Positions 28,507 to 37,700 of a stretch of DNA of 64,000 nucleotides are shown here, piece after piece. Under the pieces are notes generated by a model. It did no database searches and was not told the origin of the DNA. It was given only the letters and a program-made list of their open reading frames with translations. The stretch spans positions 24,820 through 88,819 of the forward strand of contig RXIG01000002.1 in NCBI GenBank assembly GCA_004212155.1. Reading direction: 5' to 3'. Origin of the DNA: an archaeon. Lineage in GTDB: Archaea > Methanobacteriota_B > Thermococci > Methanofastidiosales > NM3. Position 1 is the first letter of the stretch. Every line of letters starts with the position of its first letter. Both the position numbers and the translations under genes were made by a program.

Positions 28507-30651
28507 TTACTGTGTTGACAGGTCGTCTATGTTGGTGGCATAGATGTCCGGGTTGTCCTCTGCCGTTCCCGTCTGCATGCCGTCAAGGTCGTTTCGCCAA
28601 TCGACCCACACGATGTATGTGGCATATACCTCAGGGCGTTCCTGATCGAGGACTGATGTCGTTACCTGGCGAATCGTGCCGCTCTCGATGTCGTTGAGGT
28701 AGATGTCCTTGTTGCCGTTGCGGTCGTCCTCCCAGACGATGTACTGTCCGTACACCGACGGATTGATCTGATTGGTGGGGCTGCTTGTCACCTGGGTCTG
28801 CACATTCGTTGTCAGATTGTACCTGAAGATGTCCCAGTTGCCGTTTCGATTGTCCTCCCAGACGACAGTATCGCCATGGATCGATGGATTGAACTTGATC
28901 GACCGTCCGCTTGTGATCGTGCTTTCGTTACCCGTGGCGATGTCGTAGCTAAAGATGTTGAACTCCCCGAACCTGTTGTCGAGCCATATGATCGTATCAT
29001 CGTAGATGCGCGGAGAGGTCTGGAACGGTTGCAGCTCGGGGTCGTCCATGGTGATGCGCTCCTCTTTTCCGTCCTCGATGTCGTACATGTAGATGTCCGA
29101 GTTGCCGTGGCGGTCGTCCTCCCAGACGATGACCGAGCCGTAGATGTCGGGATTCGTCTGATTGAACGGGTCGTTTGTGATACGCGAGGTCGCTCCGCTC
29201 TCGATGTCGTAGAGATAGATGTCCCAGTTGCCGTTTCGATTGTCCTCCCAGACGACCTTGCCCTGCCATGTGCGAGGATGGCGCTGATCGTTAGGGTTGT
29301 CGCTTAGGTTTACCTCGTCCGACGAATCGAGGTATTTGATGAAGATGTCCCATTTGCCATCCCTGTTGTCTTCCCACAGGAAAAACGCCCCTGCTCCCTC
29401 CATCTCCCCCATCACGGGGTTGTCCTGGTCTGCGAGGCTGCGCGTCACGGGAAATGTCAGGTCTCCCGTCGGTTCTATGGCCGTCTCGTCAAGCGCATAG
29501 ACGGTAAGCGCAGTTATGACGAAAATGCCGATGAAGAGGGTGAGTATGCCTCGCCCACCGATGGGCAATCGCCTCTGTTTGCTTGTTTCCCTCTTTATCT
29601 TCGAGCGCTGGATGAGCGAGACACCGATGCCCATCACGGAGAGGAATCCGATCACGAGCAGCGAGAACACCATCTCGTTGCGTGTTATCTCGTTTTGGGT
29701 AAATGATGTGTACTGATATATGGTGCCAAAGATGCCACATGCCAGGATGAAGACGATGAGATGGTTCCATATATAGTTGAATCCCCGCGTGTATGCGCTG
29801 ATGACGTTGCCGGCAAGCGCCGCGAGGATGCCTATGTAGAGCAGCGGGAACGAACCATCGAAGAAGACGGTGAAGACGTAACGCACCGATTCCCAGTTGA
29901 GGTAGGGCACCATGCCCCATTTGATGTTCTGGAATCCGTTGTAGGCGCCATACGCTGCGATGACGAGCGCTACGCTGTAGGCGATGAGCTTGATCTTTCT
30001 GGGCGTTATGCGCTCCCTGACGTAGTCGTCGACGCCAAACCCCTTGGCAAAGAGGTAGATGCCGACGATAGAGAACGTCGAGAACCACCCATACTTGGTG
30101 AACTCGGGAAAGAGGTAGGTGAACGCGTAGATCAGGATAATGATGCCGGGCAGCCCGAGAAGCAGTCCCGATACCTTGCGGTCCTCCATCATACGCTTGA
30201 GATAGCGGTGGAGGATGAAATAGGTGTCCTCCAGGCTCTCGCTTTGTTGCACCGTGACCCGTTCGATGGACACGAGTGACAACTTCGATTGGAGTATGGG
30301 AAGGATGTTCTCGTCCTCCCTGCCGTCGGTCACCAGGATGGTGTTGCGCGTGTCATAGAGCGAGATGATCGTGTCGAGCTGCTCGGATATGACCATGTCT
30401 GATGTGACACCGACCTGCTTGTCGCCCGTCACACATGCAACATATACCTCGCGCCCCTCGGCCTCGAGCTGGTCGTAGAGCTTGATGCAGTGGAAAAGGA
30501 CGTTGGTGTCAGATTCCGTCGGGTCCTTCACTCCCAGGGCAAGCGCAGTATCCATAAGTGCCTTTTTTCCCAGAATAGGGCCATTTATGCCTGTTTTATC
30601 TCCAATATCGTTGTCTCTGTCGACACCGAGAACGAGAATTTTTTTTTCCAC
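28507..30651 (-). CDS. DUF373-type membrane protein fused to a C-terminal seven-repeat beta-propeller domain
   Basis: N-terminal KILVLGVDRDNDIGDKTG...YVACVTGD...ILVTDGREDE is DUF373-like. About 7 TM segments follow, then 7 repeats of the consensus P.IYG..VVWEDNRNGNWDIY.YD...G. Confidence 0.65.
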   Translation of the reverse strand: MEKKILVLGVDRDNDIGDKTGINGPILGKKALMDTALALGVKDPTESDTNVLFHCIKLYDQLEAEGREVYVACVTGDKQVGVTSDMVISEQLDTIISLYDTRNTILVTDGREDENILPILQSKLSLVSIERVTVQQSESLEDTYFILHRYLKRMMEDRKVSGLLLGLPGIIILIYAFTYLFPEFTKYGWFSTFSIVGIYLFAKGFGVDDYVRERITPRKIKLIAYSVALVIAAYGAYNGFQNIKWGMVPYLNWESVRYVFTVFFDGSFPLLYIGILAALAGNVISAYTRGFNYIWNHLIVFILACGIFGTIYQYTSFTQNEITRNEMVFSLLVIGFLSVMGIGVSLIQRSKIKRETSKQRRLPIGGRGILTLFIGIFVITALTVYALDETAIEPTGDLTFPVTRSLADQDNPVMGEMEGAGAFFLWEDNRDGKWDIFIKYLDSSDEVNLSDNPNDQRHPRTWQGKVVWEDNRNGNWDIYLYDIESGATSRITNDPFNQTNPDIYGSVIVWEDDRHGNSDIYMYDIEDGKEERITMDDPELQPFQTSPRIYDDTIIWLDNRFGEFNIFSYDIATGNESTITSGRSIKFNPSIHGDTVVWEDNRNGNWDIFRYNLTTNVQTQVTSSPTNQINPSVYGQYIVWEDDRNGNKDIYLNDIESGTIRQVTTSVLDQERPEVYATYIVWVDWRNDLDGMQTGTAEDNPDIYATNIDDLSTQ
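28510..29415 (-). repeat. Seven tandem, diverged coding repeats of about 125-140 nt (propeller blades)
   Basis: Recurrent GTCCTCCCAGACGA..., ATGTCCCAGTTGCCGTTTCGATTGTCCTCCCAGACGAC (28835-28870 and 29220-29255) and CGGTCGTCCTCCCAGACGATG (28720-28740 and 29111-29131) are visible on the plus strand. Confidence 0.75.
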
Positions 30652-30859
30652 GCTTTATCCCCTTTATATGCGGCAATCGTAGTGTTTTCTATAAATGATT
30701 GTCTATAAAAAGTTTCTCTTCTTGTGGCTTGCACATAACGGCAACTTTGAACATAAAGGCCCAATTGGCTGAACATGAAGCTATGGCAATTTCCCATTGT
30801 TATAGGCTATTCCATACATATTCACTGTATGCGTTCTCATCCTAGTCTCTTTCGTGTAC

Positions 30860-31135
30860 GCATATCAAACGCGCCAGGTGGCGCTGCGGGACTGCGTGTT
30901 CGCAGAGGCCTGTTCATACCGGCGACGGCAGCGTTGCCAACGCTGACGTGAACGTAGCATACTACATACTGAGAAAGACATTTCCCAATGCGTTTGCGGG
31001 GATAGAGGATGCCATCTCGCATCCGGCACGCATGCCGCAGGCACTGCGTGCGAACGCACATGAAAAGATGCGACCTTATGTGCGAAGCCCCCTCTTGTAG
31101 AGGACCCAGGTAGGCCTACGTGATGGCCCACTCTT
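30860..31135. ncRNA. Candidate structured RNA or structured untranslated region of unknown class
   Basis: Non-coding. At least 9 short perfect hairpins/palindromes in about 270 nt (see finding). No recognisable SRP, RNase P, tRNA or riboswitch consensus. Confidence 0.3.
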
Positions 31136-31262
31136 TCAAAAATGCGACGCATGGCGACAATGCTATCAAAAGGTCGTATGCATTGATTATTTAAATGGCG
31201 CATGACCTCGTGGCCACTACGCATTGAAAATGAACAAAATCAGGAGGGTATGGAGTGTATTG

Positions 31263-32150
31263 CTAAAGGAAGTTGGATTCCTGTAGAATCCGCACTTCCT
31301 CGGTGCTTAGCTTCTCGCCGCTAATGAATCGGTCGTAGAGGTCTTTTGCCTGGACGTTGATCTCGTCCATCATCTTCTTGTTCTCTCTTTCCTTTTCCTT
31401 CGTGCGGCGGACATGTCCTTCAGCCTTTTTCTCGCCAATCTTGTCCCTGTGCCTGTTCATCTGGTCGCGTATCTTGCGAAGCTCGGCATAGGTGTTGTTG
31501 AGCACGGACTTCTTCGCTAAAAAGTCCTGATGCGCCTTGTCCGCCACCTTCTTGGTCTCGGATGCGCGCTGAGAGTAGTATGTTACTCGCTCGTGATATT
31601 TGGCTGATTCCTGTGAGAACTCAACAACCTTTTCGTGTTCGGCATCGATATCCTTGCGAAGCTCGGATATCTGTTCGCGCAAGCTCTTGATCTTGTCACG
31701 CGTCTCCTTTGAGAGCTTCGTAGACTCAAGGTCCTTGCGCATATCGGCTATGTGAGTTATGAGCTTATTTTCCTCTTTGAGAGAGAGGACTGATGTTTCA
31801 AGTTTCCATTCCATCTCATCGATGCGCTTTTGCAGCTTGAATGGATTGGGAGAGGAACCGTCCTCATCGGTAAGTTCCTTCTTTATGCCCTTTAGCTCAT
31901 CCTTTAGCTTAGAGAGTTCTTTGCGCTTTTCATCGCGTCGTTCCTTGTAGGCGGCAACTTCCTTGTTGGCCTCGTCCCTCTTCTCCTTAGCTTCCTTGAG
32001 CTGAGCCAATAACTCCTTGAATTGTTTATTGTTTTCATCTCTCTTTTTGATGCTTTCTTCTATTTCTGTCTTGAGAATATCGATTTTGTCTCTGAGCTCC
32101 TGATGTGATGTCTTTAATGTTCCAAGCTCTTTGTATAAGTCGTCTTCCAA
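31263..32150 (-). CDS. Archaeal coiled-coil protein (COG1340-like), Lys/Glu-rich
   Basis: 295 aa, almost entirely heptad-like K/E/L sequence (ELRDKIDILKTEIEESIKKRDENNKQFKELLAQLKEAKEKRDE...). Confidence 0.6.
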   Translation of the reverse strand: MEDDLYKELGTLKTSHQELRDKIDILKTEIEESIKKRDENNKQFKELLAQLKEAKEKRDEANKEVAAYKERRDEKRKELSKLKDELKGIKKELTDEDGSSPNPFKLQKRIDEMEWKLETSVLSLKEENKLITHIADMRKDLESTKLSKETRDKIKSLREQISELRKDIDAEHEKVVEFSQESAKYHERVTYYSQRASETKKVADKAHQDFLAKKSVLNNTYAELRKIRDQMNRHRDKIGEKKAEGHVRRTKEKERENKKMMDEINVQAKDLYDRFISGEKLSTEEVRILQESNFL

Positions 32151-32294
32151 CTTGACTCCCCCGTAGAATTAGTCATACTTTATGACATCCCTTTTTAAAT
32201 TTTACCGTCTCGGACCCGTGTAGCCTCTTCATACCACCCCTCGGGGAGTAGTTAATTTTTTATAATAGCCGGCATTATGTCTCGATGGTGTTCC

Positions 32295-33701
32295 ATGATG
32301 TATCTCGTTCTCGGCCCCGGAACAGTGGGCTTTACGATCGCCTCGGCGCTCAAGGAGCGCGGGGAGACCGTAACGATCATTGAAAAGGAGGCCTCACGCG
32401 TCAAGGAGCTCAAGGAGAAGGGATTTGCCGTTATCGAGGGCGATTTTTTCTCTGCAGCATCGGCTGTGCGCAGGGCGATTGAGCAATCGAGCGTGATCTT
32501 CATCCTTACGGGCAAGGGCGAGACCAACAGCAAGCTTCTCACCTACGTTTATGACCTCAATCCCTATGCGTTCATCGTGGTGAGGGCCACGCGGCCCAAG
32601 GATGTCAAGGAGCTCAAATCCCGCGGTGCGGGTGCTGTGATCACGCCCCAGACGGCTATGGCAGAGGTCGCATTGCAGAAACTCCATTCCATAGAGCGCA
32701 TCGAGCGAGCGCGACGGCTGAAGCAGGGACTCAAGCGCGGAGAGCGTGTTGGCATCATCATGCATGATAATCCCGACCCCGATGCGATCGCGTCCGCCAT
32801 GGCGCTGCAAAGGATCGCCGATAAGCAGGGGGTCAGTTCGGACATCCTCTATGGCGGCAACATCGGCCACCAGCAAAACAAGGTGTTTGTCAATCTTTTG
32901 GGCATCGACCTTGTGCGCATCGACGAGTACAACAAATACCTCCTGAGGGGTTATGACCGCCTGGCGTTCGTTGACCTTTCATCGGATGCGAACACGAGCA
33001 TACTTCCGTCCGACATCACGCCTGATATCATCATCGACCACCATCCAAAGAGCGGGGACTATTCCCTCTCGGTGGAGGACGTACGAAGCCACATAGGCGC
33101 CGTCTCGACGATGCTGACGGAATATCTCGTCGACTTCGACATCGAGCTCAATGAATCGCTTGCCACGGCGCTGCTCTATGGCATCATGACCGATACCAAC
33201 AACTTCAGGCGTCGCATATCCCGCGAGGACGTCGAGGCGGTGGCGTGGTTGCAGACGAAGGTCGACCAGGAGATGCTCTCGAAGATTGAAAACCCCACCA
33301 TCTCATCCGAGGTACTAGACATCATCGGAAAGGCGGTGCTCGGTCGCGAGGTGGTCAACGGGTATGTCATATCGAACGTTGGCTACATCTCGAACAGGGA
33401 CTCGCTCCCGCAGGCGGCCGAATACCTCCTCAATCTGGAAGGGGTCTCGACCGTGCTCGTCTTCGGCGTGCTCAACGACTCGCTCTACATATCTGCACGC
33501 ACGAAGGATATCAAGCTCCATCTGGGACAGACGTTGGAGGAAGCGTTTGGCACCATCGGCTCGGCAGGAGGACACGTGTCGTCGGCCGGGGCGCGCATAC
33601 CCCTTGGCATCTTTGGCATGATCGATGACAAGGAGATACTCAAGAGCCTTGCGGGCGAGGCGATAAAGAAGATGTTCCTCAAGGCAGTCGACGTTTACTA
33701 A
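32295..33701 (+). CDS. TrkA-N (NAD-binding Rossmann) domain fused to a DHH/DHHA1 phosphoesterase
   Basis: LVLGPGTVGFTIASALKERGETVTIIEKE is the GxGxxG Rossmann motif. Then IIMHDNPDPDAIASAMAL, FVDLSS, IIDHH, GIMTDT and SAGGHVSSAGA (DHHA1). Confidence 0.7.
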   Translation: MMYLVLGPGTVGFTIASALKERGETVTIIEKEASRVKELKEKGFAVIEGDFFSAASAVRRAIEQSSVIFILTGKGETNSKLLTYVYDLNPYAFIVVRATRPKDVKELKSRGAGAVITPQTAMAEVALQKLHSIERIERARRLKQGLKRGERVGIIMHDNPDPDAIASAMALQRIADKQGVSSDILYGGNIGHQQNKVFVNLLGIDLVRIDEYNKYLLRGYDRLAFVDLSSDANTSILPSDITPDIIIDHHPKSGDYSLSVEDVRSHIGAVSTMLTEYLVDFDIELNESLATALLYGIMTDTNNFRRRISREDVEAVAWLQTKVDQEMLSKIENPTISSEVLDIIGKAVLGREVVNGYVISNVGYISNRDSLPQAAEYLLNLEGVSTVLVFGVLNDSLYISARTKDIKLHLGQTLEEAFGTIGSAGGHVSSAGARIPLGIFGMIDDKEILKSLAGEAIKKMFLKAVDVY

Positions 33702-33710
33702 TCAATTTCT

Positions 33711-34364
33711 TTAGAATTCCTTCATGATGCGTACGCCATGCGAGGTGCCGATGCGCGTGGCGCCCGCTTCGATCATGTCCTTGACAGCCTCGAGCGTTGA
33801 GATGCCGCCTGCCGCTTTCACGCCCACGTCGTCGCCAACGACGCGCCTCATGAGCCTGACATCCTCAACGGTGGCGCCGTACCTGCCGAATCCGGTCGAT
33901 GTCTTGACATATGCAGCGCCCGCACGCTTGGCAAGCTCACATGCCATGACCTTCTCCTCGTCGAGCAGGTCGCATGCCTCGATGATCACCTTCACGGGCA
34001 CACCGAGCGCGACAACCCGTGCGATGTCGTCTTCCACATCGCCGAATCGCTGGGACTTGAGCGCGGCGAGATTGAGGACCATGTCGAGCTCATCGGCCCC
34101 GTCGTCGATCGCGATACGGCCCTCCTCTGCCTTGGTCTCGGTCTTGTTCTGCCCCAGCGGGAATCCTACGACGCAGGCTATCTTCGTGGGTGACCCGTCG
34201 AGATGCTCGCGCGCTGTGGCCACCCAGTATGGATTCACACATACTGCGCCAAATCCGTGTTCAATGGCCTCTTTGGCTAGAGCGGTGATATCGTCGTGCG
34301 TAGCGTTCCCCTTGAGTTGAGTATGATCGATCATCGCTGCTAGTCGTTCCCTGTCGATATCCAT
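33711..34364 (-). CDS. deoC: Deoxyribose-phosphate aldolase
   Basis: IDHTQLK, AVCVNPYWV, VVGFPLG, VKVIIE, YVKTSTGF (Schiff-base Lys) and VKAAGGI. Confidence 0.85.
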   Translation of the reverse strand: MDIDRERLAAMIDHTQLKGNATHDDITALAKEAIEHGFGAVCVNPYWVATAREHLDGSPTKIACVVGFPLGQNKTETKAEEGRIAIDDGADELDMVLNLAALKSQRFGDVEDDIARVVALGVPVKVIIEACDLLDEEKVMACELAKRAGAAYVKTSTGFGRYGATVEDVRLMRRVVGDDVGVKAAGGISTLEAVKDMIEAGATRIGTSHGVRIMKEF

Positions 34365-34595
34365 ACATCTCACTTTGAATACGATTTAATATACTTTACC
34401 ATCTGGGCCTGAGCACCATCGGCGGCAAGGGCAGTATGTCATTATCGAGACGAGGGGAGAGTGGGCGTGGCCGAAGCAGAAGCATGGGCGCATTGTATCA
34501 GAAACTGAAGATGATTCTTCATTTGTACGTATCTGCGAATTATATTTACCAAAAGACTTTTAAGCTAGCTGCAAAGACTTGCATGGTGTCATTTC

Positions 34596-35621
34596 ATGTC
34601 CATAAAAGTAGGCATTGTCGGGTATGGAACCATTGGCAAGCGTGTTGCTGACGGTGTTGCTGCATCACCAGGCATGGAGGTCGCGGGGGTCACAGGACGC
34701 CGCTACGCATGCAAGATGGATATCGCCAGGCAGCGGGGCTATCCCGTTTACGTCGCACCCGATGGTGCGTCAGAGTTCCAGGACCGCGGATTCGAGGTCG
34801 GGGGCACGATGGAGGACCTTTGCGAGGAGGCGGACATCATCGTTGACGCCACCCCCAGCAAGGTACCTGCGCAGAACATGCCGCTCTACGAGGCCAAGGG
34901 CGTCAAGGCGATCGTGCAGGGTGGTGAGGACCATGCGCTTACCGGATTTTCCTTCTCGTCCCTTGCCAACTATGAAGAGGCGCTCAACAGGGAGCACGCC
35001 CGCGTGGTATCATGCAACACGACAGGACTCTCACGGCTCATCTCGACGCTCGATGGGGCATATGGTGTGGAAAATGTCTTTGTCACGCTCATACGCCGCG
35101 CCGCAGACCCGAAGGAATCGAAGAAGGGCCCAATAAACGCTGTGAAGCCCGTCATGGGCGTCTCACACCACGGCCCTGATGTGATGACGGTCATGCCGCA
35201 CATCAATATCTACTCGATGGCCGTTGCCGTGCCTCACACGCTCTCACACGTTCACACGCTTCGAGTACGCCTTGAGACCCCGCCGACAAAGAGGGAGCTT
35301 GTTGAACTTTTCGATTCAACGCCGCGCATCGTGCTCAGGAAGGGCAAAGAGGGATTTTCCGACACGGCCCAGATAGCAGAGTACTATCGCGACTTCAGAC
35401 CGCGCTACGACATGCCTGAGCTGTTCATATGGGACGAACCACTCGATGTCGTCGACAATTACGCATATATCATGGCCAATGTCCACCAGGAATCGATCGT
35501 CGTGCCTGAAAACATCGATTGCATCAAGGCCATGTGCGGCATGGAGACTGATAAGATGAAGGCGATCTACGAGACCGACAAGGCGCTTGGCATCGCTAAG
35601 GACAAGCGATGTTACACGTAG
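34596..35621 (+). CDS. gap: Archaeal (type II) phosphorylating glyceraldehyde-3-phosphate dehydrogenase
   Basis: KVGIVGYGTIGKRVADGV, VVSCNTTGLSRLI (catalytic Cys) and VMGVSHHGPDV. 341 aa. Confidence 0.9.
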   Translation: MSIKVGIVGYGTIGKRVADGVAASPGMEVAGVTGRRYACKMDIARQRGYPVYVAPDGASEFQDRGFEVGGTMEDLCEEADIIVDATPSKVPAQNMPLYEAKGVKAIVQGGEDHALTGFSFSSLANYEEALNREHARVVSCNTTGLSRLISTLDGAYGVENVFVTLIRRAADPKESKKGPINAVKPVMGVSHHGPDVMTVMPHINIYSMAVAVPHTLSHVHTLRVRLETPPTKRELVELFDSTPRIVLRKGKEGFSDTAQIAEYYRDFRPRYDMPELFIWDEPLDVVDNYAYIMANVHQESIVVPENIDCIKAMCGMETDKMKAIYETDKALGIAKDKRCYT

Positions 35622-35716
35622 GTCAAAAATACCCCTAACCTTTATATTTTTCTTTTTTTGGCTGTAATTCCAATACTTTTTTATTCCTTTTGTAAGCAAG
35701 TAGTGAACGTGATACG

Positions 35717-37561
35717 ATGCGAAGGGCAGTGATTACGCTTATGTGTGCACTCATGCTACTGGCAATGGTGCCGCACCCCTCATACGGTCAACCGTTCGAT
35801 CATACAGTAACGATACATGCGCCAGCGGTCGCGATGCAAAATGGTTCATATGTCGGCACGGTGAGCGAGATGGTCGTTGGTATCTCGGAGGGGGATGGTT
35901 CGATCTATGTTGAGACCTGGCCCCTGTCCGAGATCGATACGCAGGCATCTGCGCGCATCGCTGTTTCAGTGGCAGGGGAACTCACAGGTATGGACATGCA
36001 GGCTCATAATTTTTACTACTCCATCGTCTCCGAGGCGCCCGTCATCGGGGGACCTTCCGCAGGCGGCATCCTGACCGTCGCTACCGTGGCATGCCTCAAT
36101 GGATGGGAGATGGACCAGGACGTCATGATGACGGGCATGATCAATCCCGATGGGTCCATCGGTCCCGTGGGCGGCATATACGAGAAGGCGAAGGCGGCCC
36201 ATGAATACGGCATCACCACATTCCTCGTTCCCGAGGGCCAGGCAACGGTGCAGCACGATGACGAGACGATCGACCTCAGCACGTATGCACCTCGAGAATG
36301 GGGCATGGAGGTCAAGGAGGTCTTCGATATAGAGGATGCAATAGCCGAGTTCACAGGGTATACCTATGAGAAAGAGGAGTTCGAGGGCGACCTCGAAGTT
36401 GACACGTCTTTTTTTGCATCAGATGTCGAGGCGGAGCTCGCCTTGACCAGGGACCTCAAGGAACAGGTGACCGAAGAACTCTCATCAGCATCGATCAGCG
36501 AGAGCATACGTTCCGAACTTGCCCAGAATACGGACTCGGCAGACCAGCGCATCATCGACACTGAAAAAGCAATTGAGGACGAGTTGTACTACACCTCGCT
36601 TTCATACCTCTTCCAGGCGCGCATATCATATATGTATGTCAGCTATTCTCTTGAATACCTCCAAAGCGATGATCGCGGCTCGGTCATGGCTTCAACGCTC
36701 GATGACGTGCAAGCGTTCATCGACGAGACGGCGTCGATGGTGGAGGAACGTTCCGAAGATCTCGAGGGATACTCGGCGCTTGAGGCGTACTCTGCTGCGG
36801 AGGAACGATCGTTTGAGGCACAGCGCTATCTGGACGATGCGAAAAGGCAGGTCACCTTAAACGATGCTGCTTCTGCACTCTACAATGCAGCGTTCGCATA
36901 CGAGCGTGCGCGCACGAGCCGGTTTTGGCTTGATGTCATGGAACGTTGTTCAGGCGGCGAGTCAATCGACATGTCGGCGCTCGAGGCAGATGCAGAGACA
37001 CTCATCAACGATGCGAACCTAACCTTCATCTACGCGACAAGGCTCAATATCTCCAATTCACTCATAACGAATGCCCAGGAGCTCCTCCGGTCCGCTCAAA
37101 AGGAGTTCAACAATGGCAACTACGCCGCAGCACTCTACGATGCGATGGAGAGCAAGGCGAGCGCATCGGTCGCCATCCAATTCTTTGCGACGGGCGAGGA
37201 AGGTGTCGAACTTGCGATGCAGCGCGCCAAACAACAGGCAAGCGAGGCCATACAGCGTCAGCAGTCCCATGACATCACACCCGTGCTCTCGATGTCGTAC
37301 TTCGAGTATGCTTCGACGTTTGAGCAGGACCAGTCGTACGGGCAGGCGACGATGTATTACAAGTATGCAAAGGGCATCGCCAACGCGTTCAAGTACACCA
37401 AGGGCGGATTCACGCCCGGTACGCCCGACGTATCAAACGGCGGCGAGGAAAGTACTTCAGGCATACCGCTTGTCCCTGTTGGGACGTTCATAATCGGTGC
37501 CATCGTCGGCATCGGGGTGGCCCTTGCGATCAAGGGTAGGTCGAGGACGCAATCTTTATAA
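35717..37561 (+). CDS. Secreted/membrane-anchored Lon-C-like (S16) serine protease with a long helical C-terminal region
   Basis: Signal peptide MRRAVITLMCALMLLAMVPHPSYG. VIGGPSAGGILTVA (catalytic Ser) and GPVGGIYEKAKAAHEYG (Lys). C-terminal TM segment TFIIGAIVGIGVALAI. Confidence 0.7.
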   Translation: MRRAVITLMCALMLLAMVPHPSYGQPFDHTVTIHAPAVAMQNGSYVGTVSEMVVGISEGDGSIYVETWPLSEIDTQASARIAVSVAGELTGMDMQAHNFYYSIVSEAPVIGGPSAGGILTVATVACLNGWEMDQDVMMTGMINPDGSIGPVGGIYEKAKAAHEYGITTFLVPEGQATVQHDDETIDLSTYAPREWGMEVKEVFDIEDAIAEFTGYTYEKEEFEGDLEVDTSFFASDVEAELALTRDLKEQVTEELSSASISESIRSELAQNTDSADQRIIDTEKAIEDELYYTSLSYLFQARISYMYVSYSLEYLQSDDRGSVMASTLDDVQAFIDETASMVEERSEDLEGYSALEAYSAAEERSFEAQRYLDDAKRQVTLNDAASALYNAAFAYERARTSRFWLDVMERCSGGESIDMSALEADAETLINDANLTFIYATRLNISNSLITNAQELLRSAQKEFNNGNYAAALYDAMESKASASVAIQFFATGEEGVELAMQRAKQQASEAIQRQQSHDITPVLSMSYFEYASTFEQDQSYGQATMYYKYAKGIANAFKYTKGGFTPGTPDVSNGGEESTSGIPLVPVGTFIIGAIVGIGVALAIKGRSRTQSL

Positions 37562-37588
37562 GGAATGATCCTCTTGGTGAGTGATGGC

Positions 37589-37662
37589 GGGCCCGTGGTC
37601 TAGTTGGTCATGACGTCGCCTTTACGAGGCGAAGGTCACGAGTTCGAATCTCGTCGGGCCCA
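37589..37662 (+). tRNA. tRNA-Val (anticodon TAC)
   Basis: Acceptor GGGCCCG/CGGGCCC. Anticodon arm TCGCC-TTTACGA-GGCGA. T arm ACGAG-TTCGAAT-CTCGT. No encoded CCA. Confidence 0.9.
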
Positions 37663-37700
37663 CTCGCCTTGTTATATTCTTCTTTTCAAATAACGTTTTT

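Noticed and set aside
30860-31135. Tested whether the hairpin-rich region is SRP (7S) RNA, RNase P RNA or a TPP riboswitch.
   Set aside because: On either strand it lacks the SRP helix-8 signature (GGAAGG.AGCA), RNase P CR-I/CR-V (GGAAAGUCC, ACAGAA) and the ACCUGA element of the thi-box. A lone CUGAGA is insufficient. The class is left unknown.
30865-31224. 119-aa ORF in the long intergenic gap.
   Set aside because: It is Arg/His/Ser-rich with almost no Lys/Glu/Asp and has no motif. The region is better explained as non-coding structured DNA/RNA.
34436-34651. 71-aa ORF in the deoC-gap spacer.
   Set aside because: It overlaps the gap start and has no motif. The spacer is better explained by two divergent promoters (TATA-like GTATATTAAATC and CTTTTAAGC).
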